A stretch of DNA of 64,000 nucleotides from Naegleria gruberi (lineage: Eukaryota): NCBI GenBank assembly GCA_000004985.1, contig GG738847.1, one strand, 5' to 3'. Position numbers and translations under genes: made by a program. The number at the start of each line of letters is the position of its first letter. The first letter of the stretch is position 1. Shown piece after piece: positions 24,001-34,685 of the stretch. Below the pieces are notes generated by a model. The model made no database searches, had not been told where the DNA came from, and saw nothing but the letters and a program-made list of their open reading frames with translations.

Positions 24001-27000
24001 NNNNNNNNNNNNNNNNNNNNNNNNNNNNNNNNNNNNNNNNNNNNNNNNNNNNNNNNNNNNNNNNNNNNNNNNNNNNNNNNNNNNNNNNNNNNNNNNNNNN
24101 NNNNNNNNNNNNNNNNNNNNNNNNNNNNNNNNNNNNNNNNNNNNNNNNNNNNNNNNNNNNNNNNNNNNNNNNNNNNNNNNNNNNNNNNNNNNNNNNNNNN
24201 NNNNNNNNNNNNNNNNNNNNNNNNNNNNNNNNNNNNNNNNNNNNNNNNNNNNNNNNNNNNNNNNNNNNNNNNNNNNNNNNNNNNNNNNNNNNNNNNNNNN
24301 NNNNNNNNNNNNNNNNNNNNNNNNNNNNNNNNNNNNNNNNNNNNNNNNNNNNNNNNNNNNNNNNNNNNNNNNNNNNNNNNNNNNNNNNNNNNNNNNNNNN
24401 NNNNNNNNNNNNNNNNNNNNNNNNNNNNNNNNNNNNNNNNNNNNNNNNNNNNNNNNNNNNNNNNNNNNNNNNNNNNNNNNNNNNNNNNNNNNNNNNNNNN
24501 NNNNNNNNNNNNNNNNNNNNNNNNNNNNNNNNNNNNNNNNNNNNNNNNNNNNNNNNNNNNNNNNNNNNNNNNNNNNNNNNNNNNNNNNNNNNNNNNNNNN
24601 NNNNNNNNNNNNNNNNNNNNNNNNNNNNNNNNNNNNNNNNNNNNNNNNNNNNNNNNNNNNNNNNNNNNNNNNNNNNNNNNNNNNNNNNNNNNNNNNNNNN
24701 NNNNNNNNNNNNNNNNNNNNNNNNNNNNNNNNNNNNNNNNNNNNNNNNNNNNNNNNNNNNNNNNNNNNNNNNNNNNNNNNNNNNNNNNNNNNNNNNNNNN
24801 NNNNNNNNNNNNNNNNNNNNNNNNNNNNNNNNNNNNNNNNNNNNNNNNNNNNNNNNNNNNNNNNNNNNNNNNNNNNNNNNNNNNNNNNNNNNNNNNNNNN
24901 NNNNNNNNNNNNNNNNNNNNNNNNNNNNNNNNNNNNNNNNNNNNNNNNNNNNNNNNNNNNNNNNNNNNNNNNNNNNNNNNNNNNNNNNNNNNNNNNNNNN
25001 NNNNNNNNNNNNNNNNNNNNNNNNNNNNNNNNNNNNNNNNNNNNNNNNNNNNNNNNNNNNNNNNNNNNNNNNNNNNNNNNNNNNNNNNNNNNNNNNNNNN
25101 NNNNNNNNNNNNNNNNNNNNNNNNNNNNNNNNNNNNNNNNNNNNNNNNNNNNNNNNNNNNNNNNNNNNNNNNNNNNNNNNNNNNNNNNNNNNNNNNNNNN
25201 NNNNNNNNNNNNNNNNNNNNNNNNNNNNNNNNNNNNNNNNNNNNNNNNNNNNNNNNNNNNNNNNNNNNNNNNNNNNNNNNNNNNNNNNNNNNNNNNNNNN
25301 NNNNNNNNNNNNNNNNNNNNNNNNNNNNNNNNNNNNNNNNNNNNNNNNNNNNNNNNNNNNNNNNNNNNNNNNNNNNNNNNNNNNNNNNNNNNNNNNNNNN
25401 NNNNNNNNNNNNNNNNNNNNNNNNNNNNNNNNNNNNNNNNNNNNNNNNNNNNNNNNNNNNNNNNNNNNNNNNNNNNNNNNNNNNNNNNNNNNNNNNNNNN
25501 NNNNNNNNNNNNNNNNNNNNNNNNNNNNNNNNNNNNNNNNNNNNNNNNNNNNNNNNNNNNNNNNNNNNNNNNNNNNNNNNNNNNNNNNNNNNNNNNNNNN
25601 NNNNNNNNNNNNNNNNNNNNNNNNNNNNNNNNNNNNNNNNNNNNNNNNNNNNNNNNNNNNNNNNNNNNNNNNNNNNNNNNNNNNNNNNNNNNNNNNNNNN
25701 NNNNNNNNNNNNNNNNNNNNNNNNNNNNNNNNNNNNNNNNNNNNNNNNNNNNNNNNNNNNNNNNNNNNNNNNNNNNNNNNNNNNNNNNNNNNNNNNNNNN
25801 NNNNNNNNNNNNNNNNNNNNNNNNNNNNNNNNNNNNNNNNNNNNNNNNNNNNNNNNNNNNNNNNNNNNNNNNNNNNNNNNNNNNNNNNNNNNNNNNNNNN
25901 NNNNNNNNNNNNNNNNNNNNNNNNNNNNNNNNNNNNNNNNNNNNNNNNNNNNNNNNNNNNNNNNNNNNNNNNNNNNNNNNNNNNNNNNNNNNNNNNNNNN
26001 NNNNNNNNNNNNNNNNNNNNNNNNNNNNNNNNNNNNNNNNNNNNNNNNNNNNNNNNNNNNNNNNNNNNNNNNNNNNNNNNNNNNNNNNNNNNNNNNNNNN
26101 NNNNNNNNNNNNNNNNNNNNNNNNNNNNNNNNNNNNNNNNNNNNNNNNNNNNNNNNNNNNNNNNNNNNNNNNNNNNNNNNNNNNNNNNNNNNNNNNNNNN
26201 NNNNNNNNNNNNNNNNNNNNNNNNNNNNNNNNNNNNNNNNNNNNNNNNNNNNNNNNNNNNNNNNNNNNNNNNNNNNNNNNNNNNNNNNNNNNNNNNNNNN
26301 NNNNNNNNNNNNNNNNNNNNNNNNNNNNNNNNNNNNNNNNNNNNNNNNNNNNNNNNNNNNNNNNNNNNNNNNNNNNNNNNNNNNNNNNNNNNNNNNNNNN
26401 NNNNNNNNNNNNNNNNNNNNNNNNNNNNNNNNNNNNNNNNNNNNNNNNNNNNNNNNNNNNNNNNNNNNNNNNNNNNNNNNNNNNNNNNNNNNNNNNNNNN
26501 NNNNNNNNNNNNNNNNNNNNNNNNNNNNNNNNNNNNNNNNNNNNNNNNNNNNNNNNNNNNNNNNNNNNNNNNNNNNNNNNNNNNNNNNNNNNNNNNNNNN
26601 NNNNNNNNNNNNNNNNNNNNNNNNNNNNNNNNNNNNNNNNNNNNNNNNNNNNNNNNNNNNNNNNNNNNNNNNNNNNNNNNNNNNNNNNNNNNNNNNNNNN
26701 NNNNNNNNNNNNNNNNNNNNNNNNNNNNNNNNNNNNNNNNNNNNNNNNNNNNNNNNNNNNNNNNNNNNNNNNNNNNNNNNNNNNNNNNNNNNNNNNNNNN
26801 NNNNNNNNNNNNNNNNNNNNNNNNNNNNNNNNNNNNNNNNNNNNNNNNNNNNNNNNNNNNNNNNNNNNNNNNNNNNNNNNNNNNNNNNNNNNNNNNNNNN
26901 NNNNNNNNNNNNNNNNNNNNNNNNNNNNNNNNNNNNNNNNNNNNNNNNNNNNNNNNNNNNNNNNNNNNNNNNNNNNNNNNNNNNNNNNNNNNNNNNNNNN

Positions 27001-28636
27001 NNNNNNNNNNNNNNNNNNNNNNNNNNNNNNNNNNNNNNNNNNNNNNNNNNNNNNNNNNNNNNNNNNNNNNNNNNNNNNNNNNNNNNNNNNNNNNNNNNNN
27101 NNNNNNNNNNNNNNNNNNNNNNNNNNNNNNNNNNNNNNNNNNNNNNNNNNNNNNNNNNNNNNNNNNNNNNNNNNNNNNNNNNNNNNNNNNNNNNNNNNNN
27201 NNNNNNNNNNNNNNNNNNNNNNNNNNNNNNNNNNNNNNNNNNNNNNNNNNNNNNNNNNNNNNNNNNNNNNNNNNNNNNNNNNNNNNNNNNNNNNNNNNNN
27301 NNNNNNNNNNNNNNNNNNNNNNNNNNNNNNNNNNNNNNNNNNNNNNNNNNNNNNNNNNNNNNNNNNNNNNNNNNNNNNNNNNNNNNNNNNNNNNNNNNNN
27401 NNNNNNNNNNNNNNNNNNNNNNNNNNNNNNNNNNNNNNNNNNNNNNNNNNNNNNNNNNNNNNNNNNNNNNNNNNNNNNNNNNNNNNNNNNNNNNNNNNNN
27501 NNNNNNNNNNNNNNNNNNNNNNNNNNNNNNNNNNNNNNNNNNNNNNNNNNNNNNNNNNNNNNNNNNNNNNNNNNNNNNNNNNNNNNNNNNNNNNNNNNNN
27601 NNNNNNNNNNNNNNNNNNNNNNNNNNNNNNNNNNNNNNNNNNNNNNNNNNNNNNNNNNNNNNNNNNNNNNNNNNNNNNNNNNNNNNNNNNNNNNNNNNNN
27701 NNNNNNNNNNNNNNNNNNNNNNNNNNNNNNNNNNNNNNNNNNNNNNNNNNNNNNNNNNNNNNNNNNNNNNNNNNNNNNNNNNNNNNNNNNNNNNNNNNNN
27801 NNNNNNNNNNNNNNNNNNNNNNNNNNNNNNNNNNNNNNNNNNNNNNNNNNNNNNNNNNNNNNNNNNNNNNNNNNNNNNNNNNNNNNNNNNNNNNNNNNNN
27901 NNNNNNNNNNNNNNNNNNNNNNNNNNNNNNNNNNNNNNNNNNNNNNNNNNNNNNNNNNNNNNNNNNNNNNNNNNNNNNNNNNNNNNNNNNNNNNNNNNNN
28001 NNNNNNNNNNNNNNNNNNNNNNNNNNNNNNNNNNNNNNNNNNNNNNNNNNNNNNNNNNNNNNNNNNNNNNNNNNNNNNNNNNNNNNNNNNNNNNNNNNNN
28101 NNNNNNNNNNNNNNNNNNNNNNNNNNNNNNNNNNNNNNNNNNNNNNNNNNNNNNNNNNNNNNNNNNNNNNNNNNNNNNNNNNNNNNNNNNNNNNNNNNNN
28201 NNNNNNNNNNNNNNNNNNNNNNNNNNNNNNNNNNNNNNNNNNNNNNNNNNNNNNNNNNNNNNNNNNNNNNNNNNNNNNNNNNNNNNNNNNNNNNNNNNNN
28301 NNNNNNNNNNNNNNNNNNNNNNNNNNNNNNNNNNNNNNNNNNNNNNNNNNNNNNNNNNNNNNNNNNNNNNNNNNNNNNNNNNNNNNNNNNNNNNNNNNNN
28401 NNNNNNNNNNNNNNNNNNNNNNNNNNNNNNNNNNNNNNNNNNNNNNNNNNNNNNNNNNNNNNNNNNNNNNNNNNNNNNNNNNNNNNNNNNNNNNNNNNNN
28501 NNNNNNNNNNNNNNNNNNNNNNNNNNNNNNNNNNNNNNNNNNNNNNNNNNNNNNNNNNNNNNNNNNNNNNNNNNNNNNNNNNNNNNNNNNNNNNNNNNNN
28601 NNNNNNNNNNNNNNNNNNNNNNNNNNNNNNNNNNNN
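1..28636. other. Assembly/sequence gap (continuous run of N)
   Basis: Sequence is 'n' throughout; no information content. Confidence 0.99.
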
Positions 28637-28652
28637 AATCTACTAGTAGTTA

Positions 28653-29000
28653 ATGGAACCTTCAGACAATTTCACAATTTCAATTGCATTCAATGCATCC
28701 AAAGAACAATCAATGCATGAGGAAAGAGCAGTCAAAGCTTGTGTAGATTTGAGCTCAAGGTTGGCAGACTTACAAAAAAACAAATGGAATCAGATGGCCA
28801 ATAGTCACTCTTTGAATACTTGTCAGTTTAGGTTAGCTATTTATGTTCAACAATGTTTGTGTGGAAATGTGGGGACTAATGATAAAAGATTGTTCAAAAT
28901 TTTAGAAAATCTAAATATTTTGCTAGTAAGGTTGCTCGATTCTCTTTCCATACAAGATTTGTTTCATTTATTAATCTTCAAAATGATAATAATACTGTGA
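28653..29000 (+). CDS. Degenerate nucleotidyl-cyclase catalytic-domain-like fragment (3' part only; 5' part in gap or upstream exon); possibly pseudo-cyclase or pseudogene
   Basis: Translation ...HEERAVKACVDL...FRLAIYVQQCLCGNVG...ILLVRLLDS resembles the second half of a class III cyclase-homology domain (hA.RAv.aal.m ... lRIGIHtGpvvaGVVG ... VNlASRmes) but with substitutions at catalytic positions; in-frame TAG stops immediately upstream, abutting the N-gap. Confidence 0.3.
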   Translation: MEPSDNFTISIAFNASKEQSMHEERAVKACVDLSSRLADLQKNKWNQMANSHSLNTCQFRLAIYVQQCLCGNVGTNDKRLFKILENLNILLVRLLDSLSIQDLFHLLIFKMIIIL

Positions 29001-29044
29001 AAAATAGAAAAGTGTTTGAAATAGGAGCAAAAATTAAAGTGTCT

Positions 29045-29900
29045 CTATGAATTAGCAAATAAATCAATTAGATTGTGGAATGGCTTTACAATTTTAAATG
29101 AAGAGAATACACCAAGAAGAACTCCCATCACAACAATAACAATAGATGATGCCAGAGCTGCAATGATAGCAATAATCATGGTTCCTAGATAGTTCCATTG
29201 AGGAACTGAAAATACAAATAACCTGTCAAGAAGCAGTGTCATTGGGAAAATAAGGAATCATCATACTTACCAATTTACATTAGCAGAATTACATAACCTG
29301 TACATTAAAAAATCTGTCCCCGAAAGATAAAAACTTGAATGAATCGCAGCTAAGTGAGTCCAACTTGCTTTGATACCTCGTATATATAAAGTTACCAACA
29401 GTTTCTACTTCTAAAACACCAAAATTTGTTGCCTTCTTACGCTCTTGATTTCCCTTATCATCCCACTTGGCTACAGGAACTTCAGGATAACTAGAGGCCA
29501 CGATAAACTCAGTTTCAATTTCAATGACAAAGGCAAGTGAACCAGTTATTTAACTTGTGATTTCCTTCAGATAGCTACTAATTGTAGCCACAGAAATATC
29601 AAAACCAAAATACCAATCAAAGTTGAATCCTGTGGCCGTTTGATTTCTAGATGGTCTTGAATTGACCAAACTCATAAAGGTAATGGAAGGAAGTGTTGGG
29701 TCAGTGTAGGAGAGCGTAAAAGTTGGTTTGTTCACTTGGTCCGATGCCACTCCTAGAATGTAACTCATATCAAATGGTGGTAACTGTACATCTGGTTCCC
29801 TAGATTGTGTATGACAATATTCATACAATGTCATATTATCACAATAGGTCCAAAACTGACCTGTTGAATTCACAAACAATATGCTTGGAATTCTCACCAT
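29045..29900 (-). CDS. Hypothetical gene fragment(s): ORFs 29550-29900, 29289-29501, 29045-29242 on minus strand, last one with C-terminal transmembrane helix; exon structure unresolved
   Basis: Three consecutive minus-strand ORFs with plausible codon usage; the last encodes a hydrophobic helix IIAIIAALASSIVIVVMGVLLGV; no clean splice junctions found linking them. Confidence 0.2.
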
Positions 29901-30614
29901 TCATCATCTTTCCCTTATTTCCTTCGTATGGATCTCCAACATACGAATCTATCATTAAAGTGGAGAGGAATTGGTATTAAGATTTGAAAATCTTGTAGGT
30001 GATCGGGTTAATCCAATCAGTGTTCGCATAATCCAAGTCCCACTAAAAGTTTACATCCTTTTAAATCATACTTGGGTTTTCGGGAGATTTTACCAACATT
30101 CAATATAAAATAAAAAATAAATACAGACACTTAGATTTGAGAATCCAAATTATATATTTTATCTTGAGATAATCTCTTATTTGTTATTCCAAGAGATGAT
30201 CCTCGCCAAAAACTACACATTAATATTGCGAGTCCCAAAGCATGACATTTGACAGTTGCTGAGGGATGTGTTTGACTTGTATACGTGAACATCATTCTAT
30301 ATTACCTTATAATATTAAGCGTTGGTTCATGTATTGCTCTCTTTATCACTAAATAAAAAGTTGAATGATGTATAGACAACTTTCGTGTAAAAACTTGTTC
30401 TCCAGACATGCTCATCTCCTAAATGAAAAGATAAAAATCTTTGAACAAAGTGCGCCAGGTTTCGAGATGAAAAAGTTGTCAATATTTCATTATTCTGTTA
30501 TCTCTAATGATGGCAGGTTTTGGGATAACAATTTCAAGGATTAGGAAATTGAGTGTGTTTGCATAGAATCACAATACATCAACAAGCAAAGTTCTTTTAG
30601 TTGCAGCAAACATT

Positions 30615-32732
30615 TTAATTCAATTTTCTTACAATTAAGGGCCAACCAACTTGTATCACTGTATACTTATGAATGCTTTTTGATTTGTCAGCATCATTTT
30701 CATATTGAGCATATTGTTTGACTTGAGAAATTGCAGAATTCAAAATTGATCTGGCTACAACTTTCTCTTTGGCATGAGTAAGTACTTCCATTTCTAATAA
30801 TTCTTCATCAGTTTGTTTAGATAAATCTTTAAATATATTTTTAAAAATTTGCGGATTCCAATATTCAATATTGGAATATTTTGTTAAAGAATTTGGTCTA
30901 ATATGTTTGAATTCAATTATTAATACTTTTTTAGAAGTTCTTATCACAAGATCAGCACGTTTGATGTATTCCTTATTGTTAGAATTCTTTACATGATATT
31001 CCTTTTCAGCTTGAATTTTCAATTCTTTGTTTCTAAATAAACAATATGCTCTTAATGCAGATTCAATACTTGCTTGTAAACCTCCTTCAGACATTGAATT
31101 GTCATAAATAGTTTCTTGTTTTTCTAAAATATTATTGAGTAACATTCTCAAATTATCTTGGGTAGGTTCATTAATAAAAGTTGATACATCTTTTTCATGT
31201 AGAGATATAAGTCTACGTAACTGCTCTAAATATTGGACTTTTGCAATTTCATTTGGAATTAACAATTGTTTTGGGTTCATCTGTTTTGATGATTCTTTTG
31301 TGAAGGTAACCATACCGTGATAATACATGAATGATAAAGCATTATCACGAATCTTTTGTATATCTTCTTCATTGGATGGTGGATCAATAATCTCTCTTAA
31401 TTTCAGTGAAGGATAAATTGACTCTGTTACTTCTACATAATCTTTTGAAAGTAATTGTTGAATAATATCATTCGATACAACTGATGATGCCAAAGTTGCA
31501 AAAACGTTCTCACTGATCATTGTGTTGGTATCTGTTAATATTGATAATGGAATTTCTTGTTTTTGTAGAACAGCATTTCTGAAAGGTTCATCTTTTACAA
31601 GTTTGTTCAAAAAGAACATTGAAAGAGTTGTGTTGAATAGAGCATGTTTTGAACCAGGAAAATGATAACCTTTATAATACTTTTTCATGGTTGAAATGGT
31701 AATATCTTGATCATTTCCAATAATATCAATGTTATTTAATGCCATTCTCAAATCATTTTCTGTAAAACCAACCAAACCACCAAATATCTTATCAGAGGAA
31801 ATATTACTGGAAACATTATATCCAGATGCATCAGCAAGAGCAATAGGAGTGATACCAGTGATGATACTACGAAAATCTTGTAAACCAGTAGCGGAAGACT
31901 CTTTCAATCTTTCAAAGAAAGAACGAATTGGTGAAGATGTTGGATCTCCTCTCTTTCCTTCAACTATTAATTGATATTTTTCAGGATTTTCAAACATTAA
32001 TTTGTTTGCAAATCTATCATATTCATCAATTAATACCATTAATTTGCCTTTTCTCTTGACTAAAAGTTGGATAAGTTTTTGATAAGTATCAAATGAATCA
32101 TTTTGATTAATGCTAACCTCACCACCCATACCATAACATTCCAAAAATCCTTCAATGGTTGTATTGATTTTTGTGTGAAGTCGTTGATTAATATCATCAG
32201 CAGTACCATCAACTTGAATAGAAAAATCTAACTTTAAAACATAATATTGATTCTTTCCAGGTGTCCAATTATTTTCATCACCAATCCATAAACCAGAAAA
32301 TAATTCATCAAATTCATCTTTCTTGTTAATATCATAATATGATGAAAGCATTGATAATAATAGTGATTTTCCCCATCTCGGAGGACGAACAAAAAATAAT
32401 TGTTTTCCACTTTCTTCTAATAGAGGAATTAAATTAGTTTTATCAACATAAAATTGTTTACTTCTTCTGATGGAAGCAAAATCTGATTCACCATATGGAA
32501 AATATGGCACCAACAAATTTCCGTCACCAATATTTTTAAATTTAATATTTTCAACATTATTTGTTGTTGGTTTTAATGTATTTGAATAGTTTTTAGTTTG
32601 ATTCACTCTATTAATTGTAAACTTGTTAATATCATTAGTTAAATTATTAATTTTTAATATTGATCTGTTGATTTTGGGTGATGCAGTAAATAACTGCAAT
32701 CTATTGATTTTACGAAGGAAGGTATGTTTCAT
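30615..32732 (-). CDS. Predicted AAA-ATPase-like protein with C-terminal PD-(D/E)XK nuclease-like domain (AAA-ATPase_like / PDDEXK_9 architecture, DUF1703-type), 705 aa, apparently intronless
   Basis: Motifs YGESDFASIRRSKQFYVDKTNLIPLLEES...FFVRPPRWGKSLLLSML (hallmark of the 'predicted AAA-ATPase' family) and C-terminal ...DLVIRTSKKVLIIEFKH (PD-D/ExK core); A-rich context before ATG. Confidence 0.8.
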   Translation of the reverse strand: MKHTFLRKINRLQLFTASPKINRSILKINNLTNDINKFTINRVNQTKNYSNTLKPTTNNVENIKFKNIGDGNLLVPYFPYGESDFASIRRSKQFYVDKTNLIPLLEESGKQLFFVRPPRWGKSLLLSMLSSYYDINKKDEFDELFSGLWIGDENNWTPGKNQYYVLKLDFSIQVDGTADDINQRLHTKINTTIEGFLECYGMGGEVSINQNDSFDTYQKLIQLLVKRKGKLMVLIDEYDRFANKLMFENPEKYQLIVEGKRGDPTSSPIRSFFERLKESSATGLQDFRSIITGITPIALADASGYNVSSNISSDKIFGGLVGFTENDLRMALNNIDIIGNDQDITISTMKKYYKGYHFPGSKHALFNTTLSMFFLNKLVKDEPFRNAVLQKQEIPLSILTDTNTMISENVFATLASSVVSNDIIQQLLSKDYVEVTESIYPSLKLREIIDPPSNEEDIQKIRDNALSFMYYHGMVTFTKESSKQMNPKQLLIPNEIAKVQYLEQLRRLISLHEKDVSTFINEPTQDNLRMLLNNILEKQETIYDNSMSEGGLQASIESALRAYCLFRNKELKIQAEKEYHVKNSNNKEYIKRADLVIRTSKKVLIIEFKHIRPNSLTKYSNIEYWNPQIFKNIFKDLSKQTDEELLEMEVLTHAKEKVVARSILNSAISQVKQYAQYENDADKSKSIHKYTVIQVGWPLIVRKLN

Positions 32733-33512
32733 ATTTTTGATGATTTTTTTTTTAAGCTATTTGATGGCACCGTTGTGATGATTGTGATGGTGTGGAAGAG
32801 GAAATCCTACAAAGTTACATTGTTGGTGTTTATTTTAGCTTCATTGCTTATTGGTTGCGTTGCATGTGCTACCCGTTATGAATATTGGGTCATGTTCAAC
32901 AAGTACATGTTGTTGCGCTACTCTGAAGGTAAAAGTTCTTGACAATAATCTAGATTATGTTAATTATCCATGTGGTTGGTATACATGCCTGGGCGAAACC
33001 AGGAAATATTGGATTCAAAGGGTTATTATTTGTCTTTGAGTGGTTGGACTTCTAATGGGTTCTGTGATTCTTCTTCTGTTTATGCCACCTGTGTGAGTGG
33101 TTCTTGTTTGGTGATTCTGAAATTGTCTCATTGCCGGTTTTGAGATGAGTAATGTTTGGTAACGTAATTGTGTTTGGACTTCAAGAAGATAAACAACCAG
33201 GCATCAAAGTAAACTTATCTCTGTAAATTTAAGGTAACAAATGATCATTAGACCATGTGAACTTGGGAATTAAATCAAAAATGTAGTTTTAAAAGTATTT
33301 GAAAGTTGGTTTGTTGTTTTTTTATTGTACTGTTGTGTTCCCTTTTTCCTCAAGGGTATTGTGATGAAGCTGGTATACCCTTTAGAAAATGCAAACTTAA
33401 ATAAGCTACCAATCTCTTCAAATATAGAGCTTCTAATATTGATGAAAGCTGGAACAAAATTGTTTCCTGTTGTGGACTTCAAACCTTGGTAACATGAAAA
33501 GAACAATATATA

Positions 33513-33962
33513 ATGTTCAGCTCTTCTTTTCCTGTGCCAATAGTTTCTAGATTTAAAACAAATTTACCATCTATTTCTAATATTAATGAATATCTATCTT
33601 CTGATATGGCATTGGAAGGTTTCTTCCTGGGAGAATTTTTGCAGGTTGCATTGGAATCCATTGCAGATGCTACTTCAATGGTTAATGGAAACAAACTTAT
33701 TAACTATATTTATACAAGCCAACAATTGGTGATAAGAGAACAAAAATATGGGTTCTTCAATAGAGATGACAAGAGAAATCCATTATGTAATATGGGACTG
33801 AGAGATAGGTTTTTGTTTGAGATTAAGAACTTTAACACAAATATGGTATCAACAACAACTTTTCCAAAGCAACAATGCTGTTTGCAAGACTTGTTGGAAA
33901 ATCCAAAATCTGTTACCTTTACAAGACTTAAACAAATTGTGAGATTAAAGAGATCAACATGA
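33513..33962 (+). CDS. Hypothetical small ORF (149 aa) in the 1.95-kb divergent intergenic region; weak
   Basis: ORF only; contains several rare codons (CTG, AGG, GGG) relative to confident genes; no recognisable motif. Confidence 0.15.
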   Translation: MFSSSFPVPIVSRFKTNLPSISNINEYLSSDMALEGFFLGEFLQVALESIADATSMVNGNKLINYIYTSQQLVIREQKYGFFNRDDKRNPLCNMGLRDRFLFEIKNFNTNMVSTTTFPKQQCCLQDLLENPKSVTFTRLKQIVRLKRST

Positions 33963-34685
33963 CTGAAATGTTAACAATAGAACTAGTAGATGATTTCTCG
34001 AGAGGGATTATTACAAATATTAACCATGTTAACAATTTACACAAATATTCCTATCAGTTTCAATTCCTGACCCAATTCTACAATATACTGATATTATTCA
34101 CTCATAAATGAATTGATCACAAGACAACAAATTTTTAAAATATTTTGAAAACCTTATTTTCACAACAAAATTCATCTTTTCCAATTTTACAAAATTATTG
34201 AAATGGTTTGTTGTGACATGTATGGATGTCTACTTTTGTGATTGCTTTTTATGGAATTTTCGATAGATGTTGACATATTGAGCTTGTTCATTACTTCTTG
34301 TCAGCCACAAACAATGAGGTATTGCCATTCTGGAGAATGATCTCAAACGGTACCAGTCAATTTTGAGTGATCACTTTTTGAAACAATCAATAACTGTAGT
34401 TGTCCAACATATTGTTTAATAGTATTATTGTAATGTTTCGTTTAGTTCAGTTTAATTCAAAGGAACTTGATACCTCGTTCCAACATCTCCCTTTTTACAT
34501 TACGCAAGCCTTACAGAAGTACTCGCACGAACTCTTTTCAACGTATTAAACTGTAGACGAAACACATTTAAACTTTACAATAGTCAACTTGAAAATGTGT
34601 TCAACACTTTACCCAACACAAATTCCAAATTGCATGCAATTAAAAATGTATCATTAATTAAATAGTATCAAAATCTTAAAAAAAA

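Noticed and set aside
30000-30600. tRNA-like T-loop fragment GGTTTCGAGATG and a general tRNA/snRNA scan of all intergenic spacers
   Set aside because: No segment folds into a cloverleaf with acceptor stem, anticodon loop and GTTCGA T-loop at correct spacing. No rRNA-like or snRNA-like conserved boxes were recognised by eye, though a covariance-model scan would be needed to exclude small ncRNAs.
33270-33694. Minus-strand ORFs of 78 and 71 aa in the AAA-ATPase_like / P4H-F-box intergenic region
   Set aside because: Homopolymer-rich tails, no start context, no splice-consistent linkage; most likely non-coding promoter DNA.
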